Shown here one piece after another: positions 49,880 to 59,365 of a stretch of 64,000 nucleotides of DNA. The notes beneath the pieces were generated by a model, which had not been told where the DNA came from, ran no database searches, and saw only the letters and a program-made list of their open reading frames with translations. Source of the DNA: Setoptus koraiensis (lineage: Eukaryota > Animalia > Arthropoda); the NCBI GenBank assembly GCA_048013815.1, contig CM106586.1, forward strand, positions 8,742,001-8,806,000. The letters are read 5' to 3'. The position numbers and the translations under genes are program-made. Each line of letters begins with the position of its first letter. Positions within the stretch are counted from its first letter, which is position 1.

Positions 49880-50343
49880 ATTGTGGGCGACGCAATGTTG
49901 GTGACTCAGATATATGCTGTATATGTATATATGTCATCATTTGAAGATTCATATTTCTGGCGCGCGCCAGATGGACTGACTGTCCGAAAAGTCATTGACG
50001 ATGCATATCAGTGAGTCTTTATCACTTGTTAACGATAATCGACAGGGTGCGAATGGAAATCATTGGGCGCTGGTAATTGAATCTGCAATATGTTGGTGCC
50101 CACCACGATCAAATGAATGAGCACACTCGGTAAGGTGAGCAAAGCAGCTACTTCTGCTAATTCAACATTGTAAGAAGCTTGTTACATTGTGTCGCTAGTG
50201 AGATAATAAGCTAAGTCAAATGAATAACGGCAGCTTGTGGCAAGCATAAATACAAGTTATCAAGAGAATATTAAAAAATCACGACTGTCGGATAAGATAC
50301 TATTGAACTAGGCCAATCCAACACAGTGCTGGTGATTTGTTGC
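49880..50343 (+). repeat. upstream duplication block U (copy 1), 5' flank of membrane gene A
   Basis: Near-identical to the reverse complement of 57964-58545, apart from an indel of about 105 bp. Confidence 0.9.
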
Positions 50344-50347
50344 GGGC

Positions 50348-50629
50348 ATGCCGCAACTTCCTCGGCCGAAGCCCGAGGAAGACCGACCCTGGATACCGAT
50401 GTCAATTATAATAGTTATAGTTATTGTGGGTTTAATTTTTGAATGTTTGATGGAATGGGGTGAGAGTCTCGCCAAATTCTATTTACTGAATAGAGTCGAG
50501 AACACAAGAGATGACCAAACACCTGATAACCCTTGGTCCCCACAACCTCTATATCCTGTCACACCTGATCAAAATAGAGATGCAAGACGGGTCAGCCAGC
50601 GAGGACCAGGCCGACCAGTTCGCCAGTGA
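50348..50629 (+). CDS. small single-pass membrane protein, family member A (93 aa)
   Basis: ATG ORF with TM WIPMSIIIVIVIVGLIFECL. Its tail PDQNRDARRVSQRGPGRPVRQ is homologous to the tails of members B-D. Confidence 0.75.
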   Translation: MPQLPRPKPEEDRPWIPMSIIIVIVIVGLIFECLMEWGESLAKFYLLNRVENTRDDQTPDNPWSPQPLYPVTPDQNRDARRVSQRGPGRPVRQ

Positions 50630-51125
50630 GCACGCCGAGAAGCAGGCTGTAGTGATGTTGATGAGATGATGCCGAGATGCAATAAATCTTATTCTTTCAC
50701 AAAATATATAATTAATTAAAATAGCCTATATCTCGTCCAAATTGATGTTTCATTCTTTGTTTCCAACCCGTACAGTTCAAAAGTTAGTTTTTCTTCAAAA
50801 AATCAAAAAGCATCAAACCTAGAATCTTCAAACTTTACCCAAAACACCATCTATATGCAGGTAAGTATGTGTGAAAAAATGAACAAGAAAGCTCGACCCG
50901 AATCCGAGATACTTACTGTTTCATTAATCTTTTCCAGCAGTGTAAGGGCTTGTCGGCTGCACTGCTGCCCGCGAGATAATGAGTTACATTGAATGTACAA
51001 CGTTTGCTGCTGGCGTGCATAAATACATGTGTCTAACAAAGTTGTAAGTGAATATTTGAAAAAAACAATTGCTAGATTGGACACAATTGGACAGGACCAA
51101 TCAAATACAGTGCTAGTGCCAAGAC

Positions 51126-51461
51126 ATGCACTGGGACCGTCATGACCCGGGACCCGAAACAGAGCGTGAATGGTGGTTTTTTGTCTACTTGGCTCTCTTT
51201 TGCTTAGCTGTGTTGGTGTTCGTTCGTTGCTCCATATGTATTTATCAATATGGATGTCAATTTTTGTGCACTAACTATTTTCTGAGAAGAGACAGCTTTT
51301 TCGCACCAGCTACAGGAGCACTTGATCACCCTCCTTCATACCCCCGAACACCCCCATACCCACCTTATGGATCACCTGACCCACCTGACCAAAACAGAGA
51401 TGATGCAAGAGACAGCAGACCGGTTAACCAGCGCGGACCAGGCCGAGCAGCACGTTATTAA
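51126..51461 (+). CDS. small single-pass membrane protein, family member B (111 aa), PPSY motif
   Basis: ATG ORF with TM WWFFVYLALFCLAVLVFV and tail HPPSYPRTPPYPPYGSPDPPDQNRDDARDSRPVNQRGPGRAARY. Confidence 0.8.
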   Translation: MHWDRHDPGPETEREWWFFVYLALFCLAVLVFVRCSICIYQYGCQFLCTNYFLRRDSFFAPATGALDHPPSYPRTPPYPPYGSPDPPDQNRDDARDSRPVNQRGPGRAARY

Positions 51462-51897
51462 GATGCTATTGAGTCGCCATTAAGATGTCACTAATTGTGT
51501 GCTGCATGACCAACAACAACCGAGAGGTAATTTTCAAGTAATTTCTGCTAATTAATACACTTGTCAGTTGCTATCTGCGAAACACAGTAACATTATTGCA
51601 TCAAATGACTTATTTGCTGCTGCCATACGCTCATCGATTCGCTCATATCTGATCAGCTGCTTCTCGAATTTCTCTTTGAGTGGCGTCCAACTAGTTTCTT
51701 GCTTCCAGTGCCATCCCGAATTGATGCCACAAAATATCCAGTCATTTGCATGCTCTCATCATACAACATTCCAAGGTTACAAAAGTTTAGACTGCTTGTT
51801 TTCAATGTGCATCGCCAACGCTTCAGCACTTACCTGTCGTCTTCATAATGGTTGTTGTTGTTGTTGTTTTCGACTATTGGACATAGTAGAGGGTCGC
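51360..51897 (+). repeat. duplication block K (copy 1): constant C-terminus plus 3' flank
   Basis: Near-identical to the first ~535 bp of 53688-54360 and, inverted, to the corresponding part of 57041-57719. Confidence 0.92.
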
Positions 51898-52588
51898 ATA
51901 GGCACGCCGAGTGGAGCCCGTTATAGAGATGACAATCGATATGATATCAATCGTGCCACACGATCAACTACAAGCGACTAGCAACCAAACGGAAGTGCCG
52001 AAGAAAGATATGGGCATATTAAAGTTGATTCTATTTGTTTGTGCGGTTTGTAAAGACTCTAGTATTGCATTATATTCAACATATGATAGATAACTGGTTA
52101 TCACTATCAGTATTAACTTGATTTGATTGCACAATACTACTCCCTATTATGACTGATTGGTATGCTGTCTAGGGCGGTGCCACAGCTTCGTTTGGCTGAT
52201 AGGCTGATAGATGGTTTTTTGTAACAATAAATGATATTCATCTGCCGCAAACAACTTTCACCATCTTGCACAAAATATTATTTCTTTTGTGGTTACGAAA
52301 GGCGCTGGGGGAAAAAAAGGCACGTAAAGCCATAATTATGTACGCGTTTGTGCAAACGATAATTGCCTACGCTATTTGCATATTTGTTTACATTTGCCTG
52401 CCTGTCTGTCTGTCTGTCCAAAGTGGCCCGGCGGAAGTATAAATATCGGCACATCGGCACACCACAACCTCACTTGTCTTTGAGATTTCAAACGAAAACC
52501 ATCGAATTCACTTCAAACTCAATCAACCTTCTAGGTCATTCTAGCTACTCTAGCACCAAACAACCCAAACGCCAAACCAAACGTCAAA

Positions 52589-53012
52589 ATGATTAAGGCA
52601 CTTGTAAGTATACTCACACTAATAGTCACTGTTACTGTTTGACATTTCTCGTGACATAATTCACAAACAAACAAGTCAATTAACTTTTACTAATTTTCAA
52701 TTTCAATTGTTTTCGTCCACAATCACACAAACAAACAATTTCAGATCTTGATTGCTGCTCTACTCGTCGTTTGCGCTGCTGTCGCATCGGCCCAATACTA
52801 CTACGCTGGATACCCAGCTTACTCGTCAGTCGGTTACGGATATGCCTATCCAGCATATGGGTAAGTGTTAACCGGTTATATCTCTATTATCAGCTAATTG
52901 ACACCAAAACACAGAGAATTGACTAACAATAAAAACTTATCTGATTTTCAACCCGATTGGACCATCCGATTGAACACACAGATACTCTGGCTACTATTAC
53001 GGAAAGAAATGA
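52589..53012 (+). CDS. secreted Tyr/Gly-rich peptide E (53 aa); exons 52589-52603, 52745-52860, 52982-53012
   Basis: Spliced product MIKAL|ILIAALLVVCAAVASA-QYYYAGYPAYSSVGYGYAYPAYG|YSGYYYGKK*. Donors are GTAAGT, acceptors CAG, and the phases (0, 2) are consistent. Confidence 0.85.
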
Positions 53013-53236
53013 GCAGTGAGACAGTTTATTGTCCCATTCTACCCATTCAATGACATCAATTGATCTTGGATCGATTGGTTCTTGACAAACGAACATTCGG
53101 ATACATTCTTGAGATAATTCAATGCGATAAAACAACAATAAAAATCTATACATCACCAATGGTGAATCATTGCAGTCAATAAGAAAAGTTTTCGTCTCCA
53201 TCCCTCTTTGTTGTCGTTGGATTGAATTTTATTGAG

Positions 53237-53284
<48 letters not shown>

Positions 53285-53462
53285 ACATATAAACCTTTCT
53301 TTCCTCTCTATTCATTCCAACAACAACCACAATATTTGAAATATAATATTTCTGTCGCGCGCAACAGCGAGAAAAGTGATTGACGCTGCATTCATGTATC
53401 AGTAAGGATCAGCTTTTTGCAATCTAATACAGTGCTGGTGATTTGTTGCAAGCACTTGAGTC

Positions 53463-53789
53463 ATGATGACAAACCAACGGACTAATTATCCTCCAGGGTT
53501 TTTTCCAGAACCACCGAAGAAGGATCCTACAGGAGTGATATTTGTTTTAGTTTTATTTGGCCTAATGCTCCTTGTAGCGTGTGCGATCGAAATAAATGGA
53601 AGGTACAAGGATTTCTATCTACTGAGATTAGCCCAAGGAGGCAGATCTTTTGCTTACAACCCACCACTTCCCCGAAACCCCCCATACCCACCTTATGGAT
53701 CACCTGACCCACCTGACCAAAACAGAGATGATGCAAGAGACAGCAGACCGGTTAACCAGCGCGGACCAGGCCGAGCAGCACGTTATTAA
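53463..53789 (+). CDS. small single-pass membrane protein, family member C (108 aa)
   Basis: ATG ORF with TM GVIFVLVLFGLMLLVACAI. The C-terminal ~35 aa are identical to member B. Confidence 0.8.
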   Translation: MMTNQRTNYPPGFFPEPPKKDPTGVIFVLVLFGLMLLVACAIEINGRYKDFYLLRLAQGGRSFAYNPPLPRNPPYPPYGSPDPPDQNRDDARDSRPVNQRGPGRAARY

Positions 53790-54360
53790 GATGCTATTGA
53801 GTCGTTATTGAGATGTCACTAATTGTGTGCCACATGACCAACAACAACCGAGAGGTAATTTTCAAGTAATTTCTGCTAATTAATACACTTGTCAGTTGCT
53901 ATCTGCGAAACACAGTAACATTATTGCATCAAATGACTTATTTGCTGCTGCCATACGCTCATCGATTCGCTCATATCTGATCAGCTGCTTCTCGAATTTC
54001 TCTTTGAGTGGCGTCCAACTAGTTTCTTGCTTCCAGTGCCATCCCGAATTGATGCCACAAAATATCCAGTCATTTGCATGCTCTCATCATACAACATTCC
54101 AAGGTTACAAAAGTTTAGACTGCTTGTTTTCAATGTGCATCGCCAACGCTTCAGCACTTACCTGTCGTCTTCATAATGGTTGTTGTTGTTGTTTTCGACT
54201 ATTGGACATAGGAGAGGGTCGCGTTTTCGCATCGCCAGCACCTGACCGTCATTGGTGTGTTATCGTGAAAGGTATACAACAGGTTGGAGTTTGGGCTGGC
54301 CAAGGTCGTTTCACACATAAAGCTTTCTTTTCTTCCTATCTATTCCAACAACAACAACAA
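53688..54360 (+). repeat. duplication block K (copy 2, extended)
   Basis: Direct repeat of 51360-51897. The extension to ~54360 is shared only with the inverted copy 57041-57719. Confidence 0.92.
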
Positions 54361-54440
54361 CGAGGTTTTGCCTACTGCATGCTTAATTGGAGTCGTTAAC
54401 TAAATCTTTTCCACCGAGAATGCCATTCTGCAACAAACTA

Positions 54441-54595
54441 TTTCTTTCTCTTTCTCTTTCTCTTTCTCTTTCTCTTTCTCTTTCTCTTTCTCTTTCTCTT
54501 TCTCTTTCTCTTTCTCTTTCTCTTTCTCTTTCTCTTTCTCTTTCTCTTTCTCTTTCTCTTTCTCTTTCTCTTTCTCTTTCTCTTTCTCTTTCTCT

Positions 54596-54670
<75 letters not shown>

Positions 54671-54680
54671 TCCCTCTCCC
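54441..54680. repeat. compound pyrimidine microsatellite (TTTCTC)n-(TC)n-(CCCTCT)-like
   Basis: About 160 bp of TTTCTC hexamer switches to about 60 bp of TC, then C-richer variants. Confidence 0.95.
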
Positions 54681-56039
54681 ACTCCCACGATATTGGCTTC
54701 GCATCAGTTTTATTTGCTTCCAGCAATACATGCTTGCCTGTACCTAGATAGACTAGACTCTTGCCGATCAATTGTGTCTCCCAATGAAGTAACCAGAAAA
54801 CTTCGCTTTCTCTCAACCTAAACAAATCACACATGCTGCCTTGAGCCACCCTGAACAAATGGTAATTTCCTGATCATTGCGAGGCACGACAAAATTGTCA
54901 CTATTTTTCTCTCTTAAAATATCTGTCGCCCCGAAAAGCCACCTCCAGTAGATTCTTCAGCACGATGTCCTTCGAGCTGGCTAATTAAACAATAGATGCA
55001 GTTCTATTCGCTCAGTTATCCAATTGAAACTAGCTAAAATAATTGAAATCGATAAATGTAACCCTTTTGGCACTTGCACTCTCCATTGGATATCCATTAA
55101 ATTGCAATTAATATTTATCAAATGAAGAATGCACTGCTGTGCAACACAATATGGGCGAGCAAGTTTTTGCTCAGCACACAAAGCGCTCTTATGTAATTTG
55201 TCGTGTTTTTCGAGTCACACGAATGGCCCTAACATCTTCTGTGCCATTTAGAAGAAAAGCCAGATTTATAGCTTTTTGATTTATGGCTTTTCGTTGATTC
55301 TCAATCACGATAAATACATTAATTATACATTCTGTGTGTATCTTACATTAATGTATTCCATGTAAGATACACATGAAATATATTAATGTATTTTACCACG
55401 AGTATATTCATAGAATTAATTAGTTAATTCGTCCAAAGGCATGTTGCTATGTCCCTGTGGGTAGAATATAGTTGAGCATCGTTATGGCTTTCTTATCTTA
55501 TCGTCGAATATGCGTTCATTCTAGAGCTTTACACTGGAACCTTTTTCTTCCCAATGCGCACAAAAGAAACTGATTTTTCCGCGATTTATCTTATCGCCAA
55601 CGAAAAGTGGTTTTCATATATTTGAGCATGCTGGTTTTTTCCATTTGTCAATGTGATCCAACAACCCGGGATGCCAATCTCTCGTGTTGTTACCTCGGGT
55701 GCAACTTAATTGAACGAAGCAGCGAAAATGGTTCAGTTAAATTGAAAAGAGGTTAGTTTATGTGTGTCGGGACAACTCTTATTGCTAATAGTTGTTTGCT
55801 AGACACATTGACTGTGGCTGCTAATGGCCAATTTGAGCCGTCCATCACCGATGGGCGCATCATCAATCCGATGATATCGGCCACTTGCGCAAATAAAATC
55901 ACTATAAAAGGGGCACGATCTGTTCGCCGATAGTCATCACTCTCACTACCATTTGACAACATCAACACCAACAACAATTGGCAGTTAAACTATTTGCTAC
56001 TTGCAAGCTGAAACAAGATCAACCACTAAACCAAACAAA

Positions 56040-56454
56040 ATGATTAAGACACTCGTAAGTCACATTACCATGAGCAACAGTTACCACCCTGATGCAACAA
56101 TTAATACTTAATAAATAACAATCAATAATCTCTAATTACCAATAATGATAATAATTACTATGACCTCGGCGATGATTTTCTCAGGCTCTCATCGCTGCTC
56201 TAGTTGTTGTTTCCGTTGCGGTCGCTAGCGCTCAATACCATTACGGTCACGGTGGCAGTGGCTACTCAGGATACGGAGGACACGGGGGATACGGATCATA
56301 CGGAGGTTACGGAGGACAAGCAGGATACGGAGCGTACAACGGCTACAATGGCGGATATAGCGCCGCCTACCCAGGCTCGTACGGATATTCATCGGGCTAT
56401 GCCTATCCCAATAACGGTTACGGTAGCTCGTACGGCGGATATTATGGCAAATAA
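56040..56454 (+). CDS. secreted Gly/Tyr-rich peptide F (94 aa); exons 56040-56054, 56185-56454
   Basis: MIKTL|ALIAALVVVSVAVASA-QYHYGHGGSGYSGYGGHGGYGSYGGYGGQAGYG...SSYGGYYGK*. It has the same 15-nt first exon with GTAAGT donor as peptides E and G. Confidence 0.88.
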
Positions 56455-57040
56455 TGAGATGTAACCATGAAAAATTTGTTTGCGGCATATGACCACTGTC
56501 TCTCTGATTCCATTGTTTATCATCCTTATCATTAGCATTATTATATATTAATAATGATAGATCAATCAATTTACTATTCAATTGGTTGATTGAGACGCAT
56601 TGCAGCGAGCTTATGACGATACTCTGTTTCACTCAAATCCAATTCAACATGCACAACATCTTGTGATGCATCAATATGTGTAACTACGTCTTGTTAGTGA
56701 AACAAGTTTCTCAATAAAACAAAACATTACGAACGTGTTTTACTCTCTACGTTTCCAAGTCAAACTGGCTGCTCGCTTATTGTCTTGTTAGCTTCTTTCG
56801 ATCACGAATTCAGACTGAACGGTCCGCTGTCAATGCAACTAACATACTCTTCATCTACTATCTGGAAACTTTTTGGCGCATTGCACAAGATTGAGATCAA
56901 TCGATGAACATGAGCTCACTACAGGAAAGAGAGAGAGCGAGGAAAATGCGAGCGGCAGGTTGACAAATTTCTACATGAGAGAACAAGCAAAGTCGGTAGG
57001 AAATATTCCAAATCGAATGGAAAAGGCGGCATAGTCAAGA

Positions 57041-57719
57041 TGGTTGTTGTTGTTGTTGGAATAGATAGGAAGAAAAGAAAGCTTTATGTGTGAAACGACC
57101 TTGGCCAGCCCAAACTCCAACCTGTTGTATACCTTTCACGATAACACGCCAATGACGGTCAGGTGCTGGCGATGCGAAAGGGCGACCCTTTTCTATGTCC
57201 AATAGTCGAAAACAACAACAACAACAACCATTATGAAGACGACAGGTAAGTGCTGAAGCGTTGGCGATGCACACTGAAAACAAGCAGTCTAAACTTTTGT
57301 AACCTTGGAATGTTGTGTGATGAGAGCATGCAAATGACTGGATATTTTGTGGCATCAATTCGGGATGGTACTGGAAGCAAGAAACTAGTTGGACGCCACT
57401 CAAAGAGAAATTCGAGAAGCAGCTGATCAGATATGAGCGAATCGATGAGCGTATGGCAGCAGCAAATAAGTCATTTGATGCAATAATGTTACTGTGTTTC
57501 GCAGATAGCAACTGACAAGTGTATTAATTAGCTGAAATTACTTGAAAATTACCTCTCGGTTGTTGTTGGTCATGTAGCACACAATTAGTGACATCTCAAT
57601 AGCGACTCAAGAGCATCTTAATAACGTGCTGCTCGGCCTGGTCCGCGCTGGTTAACCGGTCTGCTGTCTCTTGCATCATCTCTGTTTTGATCAGGTGGGT
57701 CAGGTGATCCATAAGGTGG
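57041..57719 (-). repeat. duplication block K (copy 3, inverted)
   Basis: Reverse complement of 53688-54360 with scattered substitutions. Confidence 0.92.
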
Positions 57720-57947
57720 ATGTGGGGGGTTCGGTGGGTATGGGGCGCTTGGGCCGTATGCGGGCGGTGCGATGTAACGTTTATCTACGTAATTACCTCC
57801 TCTTCTCATTAAATAGAGTACGCAGAGATATTGAATAAAGTCCCATAATATCACTATTACAACAAAAATTACAATGAGACCAAACATAATAGCAGCACAA
57901 ATCGCCGCCACCTTTTCCGGAGACGGAAGGTCATCGACCTCAGACAT
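57618..57947 (-). CDS. small single-pass membrane protein, family member D (109 aa), PPAY motif
   Basis: ATG ORF with TM VAAICAAIMFGLIVIFVVIVILW and tail APPAYGPSAPYPPNPPHPPYGSPDPPDQNRDDARDSRPVNQRGPGRAARY. Confidence 0.8.
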   Translation of the reverse strand: MSEVDDLPSPEKVAAICAAIMFGLIVIFVVIVILWDFIQYLCVLYLMRRGGNYVDKRYIAPPAYGPSAPYPPNPPHPPYGSPDPPDQNRDDARDSRPVNQRGPGRAARY

Positions 57948-57963
57948 TGTAAGTCAAGTATCG

Positions 57964-58545
57964 GCAACAAATCACCAGCACTGTGTTGGATTGGCCTAGT
58001 TCAATTGTATCTTATCCGACAGTCGTGATTTTTTAATATTCTCTTGATAACTTGTATTTATGCTTGCCACAAGCTGCCGTTATTCATTTGACTTAGCTTA
58101 TTATCTCACAAGCGACACAATGTAACAAGCTTCTTACAATGTTGAATTAGCAGAAGTAGCTGCTTTGCTCACCTTGCCGAGTGCGCTCATTCATTTGATC
58201 GTGGTGGGCACCAACATATTGCAGATTCAATTACCAGCGCCCAATGATTTCCATTCGCACCCTGTCGATTATCGTTAACAAGTGATAGGCACCTCCTAGA
58301 ATGTTTGTCTCTATATTTGGATATTGAGCAGTTGCCGACTTGCTCGAATTTTCATAAATCTTCAAGGTGAACCAGCGAAAAGATGAGCTCATCCTCACTG
58401 ATATGCATCGTCAATGACTTTTCGGACAGTCAGTCCATCTGGCGCGCGCCAGAAATATGAATCTTCAAATGATGTATATGATATATATACATAGACAGCA
58501 TATATCTGAGTCACCGACATTGCATCGCCCACAATGAAAGATTTG
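57964..58545 (-). repeat. upstream duplication block U (copy 2, inverted), 5' flank of gene D
   Basis: Reverse complement of 49880-50343, with about 105 extra bases at ~58288-58396. Confidence 0.9.
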
Positions 58546-58959
58546 AAGAAAACCCTGAAACTATTCTGACTCTAGCGGAGAGGACAAGTTTTGTGAGAAA
58601 AAGAAGACAAAATTTTCGTTGCTTGTGATGTTCGCATCGCCATTGGCGATGCGAATGTTTTTATTGTTGTTTTTTTAGCTTTGTACACTCTCACAAACAC
58701 TTGCGAATGGCAAAAATGCTCGACATTTGTTGTTGTTAATGTCTCGTGTTGTTTGCTCTATTCTTTTGGGGCCCTGTAAAGAATAGTGGCAATAGTGATG
58801 GTGTTGCAAATAGTTAGTTGAAACCATTGTAAATAGTAGTGAGAGTGATTCATACAAAGTTAGTGACAATATCAGCTAATTGATATGTGTTTAACATGTT
58901 GTGTTGGTTGAATTTATGTCATGGGATGTGTAAAATGGGAGAAGAAATTAACTCGCTCC

Positions 58960-59365
58960 TCATTTCTTGCCATAATAGGCTGGGTAGGCAGCATATCTGT
59001 GTGAATGGAAGAAGGCGATCGGGTTAGTTGATTTGATTTACTTAGTTGTTGGCGAATATTTGGCATTTGAGGAGTCTAATCGTAAACACTTACCCATATG
59101 ATGGATAGGCATATCCGTAACCGACTGACGAGTAAGCTGGGTATCCAGCGTAGTAGTATTGGGCCGATGCGACAGCAGCGCAAACGACGAGTAGAGCAGC
59201 AATCAAGATCTGAAATTGTTTGTTTGTGTGATTGTGGACGAAAACAATTGAAATTGAAAATTAGTAAAAGTTAATTGACTTGTTTGTTTGTGAATTATGT
59301 CACGAGAAATGTCAAACAGTAACAGTGACTATTAGTGTGAGTATACTTACAAGTGCCTTAATCAT
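58960..59365 (-). CDS. secreted Tyr/Gly-rich peptide G (55 aa); exons 59365-59351, 59209-59094, 58996-58960
   Basis: MIKAL|ILIAALLVVCAAVASA-QYYYAGYPAYSSVGYGYAYPSYG|YAAYPAYYGKK*. Exon 1 through exon 2 is an inverted near-copy of peptide E. Confidence 0.85.

Noticed and set aside
54383-54858. Poly-ER/EK/SL/RK ORFs
   Set aside because: Translations of the (TTTCTC)n/(TC)n microsatellite.
51568-57511. Three copies of the MLSAKHSNII.. ORF (137-167 aa) as genes
   Set aside because: They start at TTG, lie in the 3' flank of duplicated block K, and are alike only because the DNA is recently duplicated. Their ends differ arbitrarily.
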